A DNA stretch of 63,998 bases, the filler included, from Porpidia crustulata (lineage: Eukaryota): the NCBI GenBank assembly GCA_964255105.1. It is 5 parts of 5 records of this genome, joined end to end, with 100 filler letters (N's around TTAATTAATTAA, not from the genome) between each part and the next. Parts side by side here need not be neighbours in the genome. Positions count along the whole stretch, not along the records: positions 13,136 to 26,152 come from CAXUWE010000466.1; positions 26,253 to 39,264 come from CAXUWE010000467.1; 3 more parts are not named here. One strand, 5' to 3'. The notes beneath the pieces are model-generated. The model did not search any database, was not told the origin of the DNA, and was given only the letters and a program-made list of their open reading frames with translations. The position numbers and the translations under genes were made by a program. This document shows, piece by piece, positions 24,494 through 37,271 of this stretch (within the stretch, counting starts at the first letter, position 1; the number at the start of each line of letters is the position of its first letter).

Positions 24494-26148
24494 ATGGCAT
24501 CTGACGAGCCTGATGACCCAACTCACGCTGCACCTTCCAAACCGCAACTACTCCGTTTTGTCATTGCTCTATTCCTCGCCAAGTCTAAGGCCGCCAACAC
24601 ATCAGTCCGAGGTACCGTGATCACAAGCCTACTCCACTATGACGGTGTATCTTATCATCCTGTCTAGATTACCTCTCGGATCTACAATCATGGATAACGC
24701 ATGGCCGACGACTTCACACATCGGTAGACAACCACAGCCATGTCGATACCACGGGATTCTGGAAAGATGCGTACAAGAAGTCGGAGGAAACGGTGATGGA
24801 GCTGCGTGCCAGGATCTTTGAATTAGAACGACAGTCTGAGAGACGGGATGAGAAGACGAGTCAGGCCTCGAATAACGCCAATTCACAAAGGAAGCGAAAA
24901 CGTGTAGAGACTGAAGTGGGAGAAAGTCTGAATAGGACCCCGAAGCAAGTTCGGACTATATCAACAACCAGAACTGAGGATACTTTACTTCCTGTTTTGA
25001 TGAATGAACTGGAGGCCTTGCCACTAGATTTTGATTGTAATACCCTCTTGGTCATTTATAGAAAGCTGGACGCTGATTTATTAGCCACCATCCTCCATAA
25101 TATTCGGCTCTTGCAACAGATCAAGTCACAGAAGAACCCACCGTTACAAGAGCTTGCCACTATGCTTTCTCGACTATCCACCAACGTCAGCCGTATGATC
25201 TCCGACATCACTCCTGACAGCACAGGAGGCCTTGACAATGGCAACGTCCGCAGGACCACGACCGGAGCTCAAAACCAAAGTATTACAATGGCTCAAGAAT
25301 CAGCGGATCCCGAATTTGACTCGAAAATTGGAGCGATATTCCGTATATTTCGCTGGCTTCTCAACAGCGTGGATGTGTTACCAGCGGGCAAATCTGTCCA
25401 AAGCCAGATTATCTATAGCTTCATCATGCTCTTCAGAGATCTGCTCAATCGCATCTGTGATCTCGCCGTCTCATACCCGGCAGAACATGCAACCAAAGCT
25501 GCTCAGAACACCAAAAATGCTCGATCCGCAAGACCAAAAGCTACAAATGCATCCCCCAGAACCAACAAGACCGTCATGGCCCTCACTCGCCTCCTTATCA
25601 CAATGACCACAAGCTTCGAGCCTGCGAATCTAATCCATCAGGCCATTCTGGACGGATTTCTCCACTTTCTCCTCACACGCGTTGGAAACTTGCTAAGCGT
25701 CTCCGTCTTCTCCAACCCCATCAATCTACCAAACCTAGCTCCAGCTAAAGACAACCACACATCCCCAACCACAAACACCCACGACATCGAAGCTGAGAAG
25801 CGCATCCTCGAATCCCAAGCACCACACCTCATCGCCATCCTCTCCCACCTCCCTCATTCAAAAGCCCACCCCCTCGCCGAAAAATCAAAACGGAAGCTAC
25901 AGCACACCCTTTTGAAATCTATCTTCGGCCATCAAACAGACGAGTTCGTGCACGCCCTGATCGAACCTCGCAACCCCCTCGCCACCAATTTCAATGAAAA
26001 TCCGGACGCAGGTATGGAAGCGATCACGAGGAAATATGCGGGGAACGTGGGCGATTGGTTCAAAGGCGAAGTCTGGCGGCTCGTTGGCTGGGATATTCTT
26101 GCTCAACATATCGAATGGCCGGATGAGGGGTATGGTGGGGTTACATAA
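24494..26148 (+). CDS. Conserved hypothetical fungal protein
   Basis: A short first exon (ATG 24494, IALFLAKSK) splices into the 451-aa ORF. Features include an NLS-like RKRKR, ILDGFLHFLLTRVG and DWFKGEVWRLVGWDIL. Confidence 0.75.
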
Positions 26149-26152
26149 GTAG

Positions 26153-26252
26153 NNNNNNNNNNNNNNNNNNNNNNNNNNNNNNNNNNNNNNNNNNNNTTAA
26201 TTAATTAANNNNNNNNNNNNNNNNNNNNNNNNNNNNNNNNNNNNNNNNNNNN
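26153..26252. other. Artificial contig linker
   Basis: N44-TTAATTAATTAA-N44. Confidence 0.98.
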
Positions 26253-26380
26253 AGTGGGTAGGGAGGAAGGACGCGCCTGTTCAGGTGGGCGATGTTGGCG
26301 TTGGTTTTGGAGAAGTAGGTCGAGAGGGGCGATTTGAGCGATTGGACACCGGATGGTACGGGCTCGGGACTGGATGCCAT
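26253..26380 (-). CDS. 5' fragment of a gene, possibly PEX11-like (Pex11C), cut by the contig end
   Basis: ATG at 26380 follows a CA-rich leader. MASSPEPVPSGVQSLKSPLSTYFSKTNANIAHLNR resembles the 'TDAFLAHLNR' N-terminus I recall for fungal Pex11C, but only ~35 codons are visible. Confidence 0.3.
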
Positions 26381-26800
26381 GATGTGGGTTGAGGTTTTTT
26401 GGTGGAAGCGAACCAGCTGGAAGTCTTGTTATGCTTGTCTTTTGCAGATGCTGGAGGGTTTGGAGAAGAGCTGGAAAGGGGAGCATTGGAGCCAGCTCAG
26501 CCTTCTGTTATCTTTGGACCTCGGCGATCTGGCGTCACGTGTACTCTACCCTACTTGATGTGGCTAAACAGCCACCCCCTGAATCGATTGCTTCAAGTCC
26601 CTTGATAAATCTATGGCAACATATGAAGTACAGAGCGATTCTCAGGCCGTTGGCTAACCTGACATGTACCAGTGCCGTATTTAGAATAGGCTGAACAGCG
26701 AATTCAATCTATTGAAGCGAACATCTCAGTATCTATAAGTTTCAGGGACAAAAAGCAGTGTCGCTGGATAGTGTTATCCGAAGTGTGGCATCCGCTCGAG

Positions 26801-28199
26801 TCAAACAGACATGATAATGTCTGCAGTGCCCAAGTCTATCCCCTCTTCCGTCACAGCGACACCATCTTGCACCTCCACCTCGCATTCCTCATCACTCAAT
26901 CCGTCCATGCCATCATGCCCAGGTAAAGAGACCTCTGCTGCGATCTGAAGCAGTTCATTATTCAGCTGACGCCACAGGCTCATATCAAATTCCACGGCAT
27001 AGCTCGCTTCTTCTTCTCCCTCTTCAGAAAGCCATAGCCTAGGCCTGGACTTGGTGCTTCTTCTTGAAAGAGTCGAATCCCGTCTGCGGCTGGAAAGCAT
27101 ACCGCGGAATGCGCGTTTCATGCTGTCACGAAACCCCCTACTTTCATGCTCATTTCTTGCGTCTGTGACATCCACTGCGTTTGCGAGTGCGTATGAGCTC
27201 ACGGAATCTGCAGACCGCTTATACGCGGTGTTATTGTGCTCAAAATCGTCAGTAGGCGTGGTCGAGTAAAGGCCAATGCTGCCAAAGCTCTGGAGAGTAG
27301 GGCGAGTTGGCCGTGGCTCATGTACTCCAATGTTACGAACAATATCTGCGTCACAGAGACGGCGTCGGTTTTCACCTGAGCATCTGGTGGGTAAAAGGAA
27401 ATCGTTGGCAAAGACCGGCTCCAGGACTTGCCAAGCTCGATCGCGGAAAGTAGGACGACAGGCATGGCAGGAACGGTAATTACAATGTGGGAAGACCTTA
27501 AGCTTGGGCTGAGGGCAACTGTCCATATGCAGGTCTTCTACTTCGGTGATAACAGGTGACGGAAGATGAGGGTTTGCATCGACAGAAGGCGACATGGCGG
27601 ATCTCTGGACTTGACCTGGGACCAAACTCTTTTCCATGGCCTGCTTATGTTCCTGTTCTGCTGCCGCAATGGAATCAACGACCTTTTGCCTTTGATCTCG
27701 GAGAATAGCGACCTGTTTAGGAGTGTATTGGCCTTCCTCAATGGCCCTTTGAACCCATGGACTAAGGCCATGATTTTCAGTGGCTTGCTCTTTAACCATA
27801 TTTCCAGCTAGGTTTGCTTCAGGACAGAATCAGTGTGAGATCATATCAAAATGCCTTGAGCGGAATCAATTTACATGAGCCGAATTTGTCATCGTCTTGC
27901 GAGCACGAGTACACCCAGCCAAGCTGCGATGGTCTGTGACAAATCATACATTCATGCATTCCATTGAGTCGTATCATCGTCAAGTGAGTGCAAGCTGCAC
28001 GACGCGTTTGAAGCGGAGGAAGTTTGGGTAGTGTTGACGTCGGGGTGCCATTTGCTGTTGGGAGAGTCCTTGTCTTTAGGGGTTTTGGCATTATCATGTC
28101 TCGCAACGTATGAGCATATGGCTTCAATGCCTCCCAGATGTGATCCACAGACCGATCCTGAAAGTATGTTGGAGGCAGAGGTTTAGGTAGCGTGGCCAT
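26801..28199 (-). CDS. Hypothetical protein with two separated Cys/His clusters (2 exons)
   Basis: ORFs 27846-28199 and 26801-27799 are joined by a short intron. Clusters: CTHLTM..CMICHRPSQLGWVYSCSQD and CNYRSCHACRP. Confidence 0.75.
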
Positions 28200-28988
28200 A
28201 GGATTTTTGATCTGGATGCAAGCAGGTACCGCAACATAAATGGGCCATGTGTGATATCAATTCAGTGCGGTTGACGGTTTACCATAAGATGAGCAGCAAT
28301 GTGTGAATGACTGTCATGAGAGCAGTATAAGATCACACATTTTGCTCACAACATTCACTACAAGGAAATCATTCATCAGGTGGAAGCTACTCATAGTTTC
28401 GCAACAGACGAGATAGTAAACAACGCATATCTATAAAAGAGATCGTTGTATCTACCAGAAAGACAACGAGAATTGAATGACGACGAAGCAAGGGATAAGC
28501 CTAAGTATTACCCAATGTCGAGAAATTACATGACAGCATTGTTATGAACCTGTTAGTAGAAAGAAGGAACGTGTCGATTGATGGTGTCCAACGCTCAACC
28601 AGACCACCTCAGGAATCCGGTTGACATGGTCGATGCGATGGAATCAGCCTTCTACATTTTCGAAGGGTGTCCTATCGGGCGCATACGAAGTGTTAGTATA
28701 CTTGATCTATCACCTCATTTCAATACAAGGGAGGATTGATTTGTCCAATCTGTATTTTAGATATGTCGTCTGTTAGAGTATCGAAGTAGGTATCATATCT
28801 ATCTGGCTCTCACGGCTGTCTAGCTCTCTATCTCATCGTGGTAGTGGCCAATCATAGCGCGCCTTCAATTTCTCCGACGTGACAGGACGCGAGGCAAACT
28901 TGCCTATCAACCTAATTGAGCCTTGTAATTGCGAACGAACGCTGAGGTAGCCTTTGAAACTCCTTAAGGCTCTAGGTTACTGCTGCCT

Positions 28989-31697
28989 ATGAACCCGGTG
29001 TATTATATATCCTGTCTATTCACACACTGGCTGGTTACTATATTCCACAGGCAGTGCGTCGTCCGGGAGTTCTGTCAATCCGCACCTCCCTCCTCTGCCT
29101 CCGCCTTGCCAACGGCAATAAATCGCGAAGCTTTACTGTTTCACCCCCCCTGCTTCATGCTGATGTCATGTTTGCAAAGGCTGTCCAAGACCACAACACG
29201 GTACCAAGTATCAAAGGCGTCAGCTTATCCCAGAGTCTGCGAGGCAATACCCTAAAACCGAGTACCTCTACCGTGCTCAATACCCCACATCCGCCGTGGC
29301 CGACACCGTCAAACCCATTGAAACGGACTGCTTCACAGGCGAATGGACAGGAGAGCTCGTTGAGCAGGCATGACTCAATCATGAGCAAGAGCAACACCCC
29401 CAACTTTCTACAGAGGTCGGATGGTGGAGGCAGAGTGGGAAAGCTACACGAGACGGTCTTCTTTGACGAGAACGACTTTGAAGATGACGCAGATGTTAAT
29501 CTGGATGCTGAAGAACCAATTTCAAGGCAGTCTTCCACGTCTACGTTAGTCGAGCAGTCCTCCTCGTCTACATTAGTTGGATATCCAACGCTGCCGGGCG
29601 ATAAGTTCGACACCTCAACTTTTGCGTATCCAACTCTTCCTCCACCATCTAGTAGATCGGCGGTGCCAAAACCCCCATTTAGCAGCCAGCCTATACCATG
29701 GTCGTCGTCCCCCGTGGAACACAAACGACCCTCAGCAAAACCATCGCAACATCTGCCTGAGAAACCTGCTGCAAAACGTAGGAAACTGCCATGGCTTGAT
29801 GATCAAGACAATCAAGGGAAAACTATGGCGGATGTCGCACAGAATCACAATGCATTGTCCTTCACACCACTACCGAAAGATAAACCCAACTCCCCTTACC
29901 CTTGGAACACGACCGCAAGTGCAGTGAAAGAAGAGCAGAAGAAGTTGCGACAAGGCCACAAGAAACTTGCTAAAGAAAATGAAGCAGAGAAAGGCTCTAC
30001 AGCCGCCTCTACATCGAAGACAAAATCAATCCCTCGGATTTGTATGAGTGATGAGCAACAGCATGTTCTCAGTCTTGTCACTGAACAGAAGAAGAGCGTC
30101 TTTTTCACTGGGTCTGCCGGCACTGGCAAGTCGGTTCTCCTCCGAGAGATCATCAAGGTTCTTCGTGAGAAACACAAACGCGAGCTAGACCGTGTAGCGG
30201 TTACAGCTTCTACAGGATTAGCTGCATGCAACGTGGGAGGTGTTACGCTTCATAGCTTTGGAGGAATAGGTCTCGGCAAAGAGGCTGTTCCTGAGCTCGT
30301 CAAGAAGATTAAGCGAAATCAAAAAGCAAAGAATCGCTGGCTGCGAACGAAGGTCCTAGTTGTTGACGAAATATCAATGGTGGATGGAGATTTATTTGAC
30401 AAGCTCGAGGCGATTGCACGCATAGTCCGCAACAATGGCAGGCCATTCGGGGGTATCCAACTTGTCATCACAGGAGACTTCTTTCAACTACCACCAGTGC
30501 CAGACTATGGCAAAATCTCCAAGTTCTCTTTCGATGCAGCCACTTGGAATACGTCGATCGAACATACTATAGGGCTTAGCCAGGTCTTCCGACAAAAGGA
30601 TCCAAGTAAGTCATGACCTCCATGGTTGACTCATGCTAATAACTCTAGCCTTTGCCAATATGCTCAATGAGATGCGACTCGGGAGATTGACATCAAAATC
30701 TATCGAAACTTTTCGGACTTTGAGCCGTCCGCTTGGATTTACCGATGACTTCGAAGCCACCGAACTGTAAGAATTTCTTTGCAATGTTGATCCTCAATGG
30801 CAATGCTAAGGCTTGAACCCCGACAGCTTTCCCACGCGAAATGAGGTCGATAATGCAAACAATAACCGCATGCGTAATCTGAACGGTAAACCTTGGGATT
30901 TCAAAGCCGAAGACGGCGGGTCGATTTCAGATCTCGCTCAGCGCGACAAGTTGCTCTCGAATTGCATGGCTCCGCCAACGATAACGTTGAAGAGAGGAGC
31001 CCAGGTGATGCTAATCAAGAATATTGACGACACACTTGTGAACGGATCCGTTGGCAAGGTCGTTGCCTTTATGGACGAAAAGACCTTCGATATTTACCAC
31101 GAGGATGAAGAAGAGTTTCAAGCTGTCGAGACCATGGATTTAAATGAAGAAGATATGACGCGCTCCCGACAGAAGCTTAAAGAGATGATCAACAAGAATC
31201 TCGTAGGCGACACCGGCCAGAAGTGGCCTCTTGTGCGGTTTGCTATCGCTGATGGGACTTCTCGGGATCTTTTATGCCAGAGAGAGTCCTGGAAGATCGA
31301 ACTTCCAAATGGAGAAGTCCAAGCGTCACGGTCACAGGTACCACTGATACTGGCATGGGCTCTATCAATCCATAAAGCTCAGGGGCAAACCCTGGAACGA
31401 GTCAAGGTTGATCTGGGAAAGATTTTCGAAAAAGGCCAAGCTTATGTCGCTTTGAGTCGCGCTACTTGCCAGGAAGGACTACAAATTCTTCGATTTGACC
31501 CCAAGAAGGTCATGGCGCATGACAAAGTGCGAACTTTCTACGATAGCCTTTACAATTTCGACCAAGCCACCGCGGCGGTTGTGTCAGGAGCCAAACGCAA
31601 GCAGGCATCTACAGCTAAAAAGTATGAGGAAGTGTATTTGCAAGATGGAAATCTGTCAGACGACGACCATGAAGCATTGCAGGAGCTTTACGGATGA
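28989..31697 (+). CDS. PIF1: PIF1-family 5'-3' DNA helicase
   Basis: Motifs FFTGSAGTGKS, TASTGLAA, VDEISM, GDFFQLPPV, QVFRQKD, LAWALSIHKAQGQTL and GQAYVALSRA. Two short introns near 30606 and 30767. A tentative 3-codon first exon lies at 28989-28997. Confidence 0.95.
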
Positions 31698-33074
31698 GGA
31701 TCAAGTTGGAACATACGGGTAGAGATCGGTGAGGAAGCGGGGAAAAGGAGTAAATGCAGAGTGGAACAGCAATAGCCGTGCTTCACCTGTGCTTTTTATT
31801 TGGCAACTATAACTATTTATGAGACTCTCAAGCAAGTATCGCAGATTGATAACCCATGGGCTTTAAGTGCGAGGGTAACAAACCACTCGGAAGAAGCACA
31901 ATAAGCGCTGCAGACTCTGTGCGGAGGATGTAGGAGGAGTTGGTCGCTCGCGGGAAGCCGATCTTATTCCTCGAAGAGAAAGTGGTGTTCTTCAAACGAC
32001 ATCGCTGCTGCATGCGTGTCACCCGCGCTGAGACGACGGGTCGTGGATTACGGAATAATTCTCTATACTCCCGTACTATGTCCTTTGAAAATTTCCATCT
32101 CTCACGATCCAACGTGTTACCTCAAGACATTTCTCATTTCCTTCTTGAGCTTGCCCAATCTCACGCGCTACTGCTCCGTCGTATTTCAGTCTGATTTTGA
32201 TACACTGCTTTTCTAGATCTCACTTACGAGTTTTCCGCAACGCTGAAAGAATTACTGGTTTCGAACACTTCGTCGTATTTGATCTATCACATCGATAATT
32301 CAGCGCGGCAACTACGATGCGGTAAGACTTCACTCTTGATCGATGATCTCGATGTTTCCTGGGGTGGTACGATATCTTCGAAAAAGGGGGCGAGCGTGTA
32401 CAGAACTCATCTGGGATCGTTGAGTTGAACAATCCGGCGGCTCAGCTGATTTAAATCTTGGATAGCCACATGTCGTGCAGAGGACTACTATTGGACATTA
32501 CAAGGAGCAGAAAACTTTCCAAAACCCTGGCCGGCGTATACTATGTGAGTTACGATGTCGCGAGGAAAGTCATCCAGACTTGGCAGAAAACGGAGTGTCT
32601 GCATACATGAATTACGTTCGATCTACAGGATAGCGGATAGTACTGGAGCGGATTCCTTCACTTCCAAGCAGTAGATTTATGATTCAAGTAGTCTGAAGCA
32701 CTATTGATTTACCTACCGCTAGTGTGCTTCGTAGTGAGCATTGGGAATGTGATTTTGAGGATCACGCCAGCCCTATGTGCACGATAGGATCTTATCTTGA
32801 TACGTAGATCATTGACCATGACTTCTCCAAGTTTAGAACTAATCTCCAGCAGAACATCTTCTCACGATTGATTTGTATCCTGCATCAGTCAAACGGTGAC
32901 AACAAGACAGATGATCCCAATCGTCTCGAATTTAGAGACAATCCCTCATGACCTTGCGGTTCAGCAACAAAATTCTCTGGGAGCATCGCAAGCAAGCTAA
33001 AGCTACCACATCTTCGAAGTTGCTGAAGTCCCTTCGTCGATTCTGGACCTGATACTGAGAGCCTTATAGCGAAC

Positions 33075-34330
33075 ATGGATGACGTTGTATACACCCAGTC
33101 AGACGTGGACTCGAGCACATCACCTTCTGCTAGGTTCCCGGCTTCCTGCGGCCGAGCATATGTTGACTGTTCTCCGGCAAGGTGCAAATGCGTAACTCGT
33201 AGGGTTGGTGGTTGATGTGAGAGGTCAGTAATCCCGATTTTTACGGTTTCTATTGCACATAGACTGACGTATTTAGATGCTGCTGGCTTGATGACGAGTG
33301 TCATCCATCGGTGATAGTCCGACACCCCAATACACAAAAGATCTGCACTCAATTTAGCACAGCTAGAGGAGAGACTGGATGGTCTTATCTCGCTGCTCAA
33401 GGCCAAGTCACCATCCGGTGCAATAGCCGCAGGTACCAGTGCCCGGACTAGTGTTAATAAGACTTCTTCCCACGATCAGCCCAAAAGCAGAGCCTATGAC
33501 GACCGCTACACACGCCTGTATACCATGTTAGCCCATTTACCATCGGGCACAACGGGTTCGGATGGCACTTCACGCAGCTCCGCAGCATCTATTCCTCACA
33601 ACGTGATTGAGCCCTCTCCGACCCAGGCAGAAGAACACCTTACAATTTCCTATACCCATAAATTATGACATATTCCGCTCGTTCGTATTCCGTCCATTAC
33701 CAGTGCTCGCCAGCTCCGCCAACATCTACCCTCCTTATTGCTTTGCACAATGACAACAGTCTCGAGATCATCATCACAGCAACAAGCACTCGGCAGCAAG
33801 ATATGACATATATTAGCTCAAGAGATGCTACTCAAATCTGGACAGACCAACGACCTATTCTTAGGCTTTCTGAGCTACCTCGATTGGTATCAGAAATCCT
33901 GAACCGCATAATTGAAGTAGATACCGACTCCTTTTTCTCAAGTAACCACAAAGTGGACATCAAACCTTCCCTATCCGTCTCTATTCAGCTTGCCACGTCA
34001 TTTGTTTCTAGTTTTGGGTCTTGGTCCCGACAAACCCCTGCCAAAAAGCCGCAAGCGATGCTTTATATCAGCGCTCACAGGTGCCCGAAATTACCCCAAG
34101 CTAGAGGGGCGGAGGGCTATATTTGGCTATTTTGATCGAGTCAATGCAAGCCTACTGTTTCAAGCCTCGTTTAAACCACGGGCTCAACTCCTGCAAATAT
34201 ACCGTCCTTCTTGCAAAGAATCGAGATACTACACTTGACTTCACACATGGATAAGTGCCCCAAGAACTAGACACAAGGTAGGAGTGCCTCACCGATAATA
34301 TTTAGTGCAATAGGTACTGTATCAACTTCT
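33075..34330 (+). pseudogene. Decayed Zn(II)2Cys6 transcription factor
   Basis: GRAYVDCSPARCKCVTRRVGG*CER (first Cys now TAT at 33159, TGA at 33213), LEERLDGLISLLK, then middle-region remnants SARQLRQHLPSLLLCTM...QQQALG...LAQEML with stops and frameshifts. The 3' limit is approximate. Confidence 0.8.
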
Positions 34331-35750
34331 TGTTAAGAAAGATGCTCATAGCACGTTATACGATTGCGTAAAATTTCTGTTTCCCACTTCTCATGATTTG
34401 TCCGCTGTCTTATCACCCTGTACAGACTCCTCTGTTAATGACCCTCCTTTGGACAAGAACGCCGAATGCCAACGGTACTTTCCTTGCCGAAGCTTTCACG
34501 CCAGATTATCTTTTTTCTCAAAGCTATTTATTCTGATCGGAATCCGGCTAGGCGTGGCAGTCGTAAGAGATGTGCGTCAAATGAGTCAGTAATGGCAATA
34601 TAGACAGAGATTCTTCCACTGCCACGATCCGGAAATATTTGTAACCGGATCTACGCCAACTCAAAGGTTATTACAGAGGATAGCCAGAAGTACAATATCA
34701 CAGTAACATCTGATATTAAAAGAGCACTCCTGATTGAGTGGAGCACGTTGATATTCTAGACAAACCTCGATAAGTATTTCTGTCCGTCCTGACGATTTAG
34801 TGACTTGACCAAAGCGCATGGAGCTCATGATTATTAGCAGAGAGTCTCCTTCAAATAATTCGATATTTATGACACGCGACACTCGCTTGGAATAGTTTTC
34901 ACATCGGAGATACATTATGGAGGTAAATTTTTCCTCCAGCCATTAAGGCCATGTCAGGTTATGATACGTTGTGTTCATCGCCTGATTTGTATACAATCTG
35001 GCGCTCCGTCATTGCCATCTGATCGCAATTGACATCGAGTATCTGGCATCCGTTCAGAGGAGCAGCCGAGTATTGTGGAACGGCTCAAGTACAAGACAGC
35101 CGATCGATATGCTTGTTTCCTTTAGACTACACGTGACAGTTTATCGATATCACGCACAGGAACTATCCGTAGGGAAAGGGCGAAGTCCAGCTCCTAGGGT
35201 CCACCCGGGCGAGATTTACATGTTTCTACTCTGGAACGCGATGATCTCAAATCCTGGAGACGATACGAGAGTCTAGTCACTGGGTCGACCGTGCGTGGCG
35301 TAGCGATGGCACAGCAAATCATGCCTATGAAATATTATGATCACCTTACCGACTGGTCACGGGGACATTTCTCAGATACCACCTTTGCATTGTTTCCTGG
35401 ACGTTGTCGCTTCTCTGCTTTATAAAGACGACAAGTCTTTGCTAATCTTGCCTTCAATAAAGGTGCGCAAAAACTGCGGACAGTTTGCGAACCTACGCTT
35501 TTCTCATTTACTTCTCACAAACTCGACATTTGGTCGGTATGAACGGCTATTTTTTATTTTCCATAGAGTAAGGATTCTGCCCGGAATACCGTATTTTCAA
35601 TTTATGGTCATGGCCCCTACTTGTTTATTCCTCCAGGCCTTTGCACTCCCACCGCAGAGAAGAAGACAATAGCTTATGGGCAGCCTCGTTATGATTCATG
35701 ATTTAGTGCCCCAGTTCGCAGTATCGCGAGTATACCTCCGAAACATCAGG

Positions 35751-37271
35751 TCAGCAAATAACCCTACTTGCTTCCAACAAGGGCTTTGCCTCCTCGCTCT
35801 TCCAGAAACCTCCATTGGGCCCTGGGAAAGAAAACTTCTCCATGCTTTCCGCTAGCATCTCAACCGAGTATCCAGGGGACAATGGCGTGACGTGGTGTCC
35901 GTCTTTGATCTCGGCAGGGTGTTTAAAATTCTCATGCAAGGCATCAATGTACTCCAACACGCTCTTTTTCCCACTAACGACAAGATAGTCGATCGTGATG
36001 ACATGTTGGGAATACTCGGGTAGGCCAACACCACCGATGTGCGGATGAAGAGGTATTCCAAACTTCTTTGCCAACAGCATCACGGCAAGAACCTCATTCA
36101 GTCCACCGAGGCGGCAAGCATCGACTTGGCAGTAGTCAAGAGCCCCGGCCTGTAAGAACTGCTTGAACATTGTTCTGTTGGCGCACATTTCCCCAGTGGC
36201 AACTTTGATATTGTATGGCTTCAAGGCCTCGCGGATCTTGGCATGTCCAAGAATATCATCGGGCGAGGTTGGTTCTTCGATGAACAACGGCTTGTAAGGC
36301 GCAAGATGAGAAAGGTATGCCGCGGCTTCTGGAACTGACCAGATCTATTGTCACCCTCTCAGACTTTGGAGGTGTAATTTTATGCGTGACAGAAGATTAC
36401 CTGATTTGCATCAAGCATAAGGATGTCGTCATCGCCAATGACCTCCCTTGCTATTTTCAGTCGTCTTTTGTCGCGTTCCAAATCTCCACCCACCTTGAAT
36501 TTGAATTGGTGGAAGCCATTGCTTTTTGCTTCTTTGAGGAGCAGGCTCATCTTTTCGTCCGAATATCCTAGCCAGCTTGCGCTTGTGGTATAGATTGGAA
36601 CCGCACGGTTCTGCTTTACCTCTTCCAATCTCGCTGGCTTACCTGCCTCTTCCTTTTGTAGCAATGCGACTGCTTCTTCCGGCGTCAGTGCATCTGTTAT
36701 ATATCTGAAATCAATGCATCGTACGAGCTCCTCAGGTGACATGTCAGCTACAACTTTCCACACCGGTTTGTGCAGTGTTTTGGCCCAAAGATCCCAGAGA
36801 GCATTGACCACCGCGGACAATGCGAGGTGTACAGCACCCTTTTCGGGCCCGATCCATCGGACCTGCCCGTCCGACACCAGATAGCGCCATGTCTCTCCGA
36901 AGTTTGCGGTCAGCGAGTCCAAGGTCCGGCCTACCAGAAGTGGTGCTAGACTGTCGATAGCGGCACAGACAACCTCATTCCCGCGGCCGATTGTGAATGA
37001 CTACCGGAGTCAGTCATCGGAAATTAGAGGACAAAAAATTAGAGGACGAAAGGATGCCCACCATGCCATGGCCCGCAAACTCCGAGTCTGTTTTCAAGAT
37101 GCAATACGCGGTTGAGAAGTCAACGGCTCCATTCATAGCATCGGAACCGGTATCATCCAAGGAAGTCTGCACAGCCACAACTATTAACAAACCATGTCAT
37201 CAAGCTCAGAACAACCGCAGACTCACAGGAAATCGCACGTCCCGAGAGATAAAGCTCGTAATGGTCACCAT
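35751..37271 (-). CDS. Mandelate racemase/enolase-superfamily acid-sugar dehydratase (L-galactonate dehydratase / ENOSF1-like)
   Basis: MVTITSFISRDVRFP|TSLDDTGSDAMN, FTIGRGNEVVC, RWIGPEKG, FKFKVG, MLDANQ, FIEEPTSPDD, VATGEM, QVDACRLGG. Confidence 0.92.
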
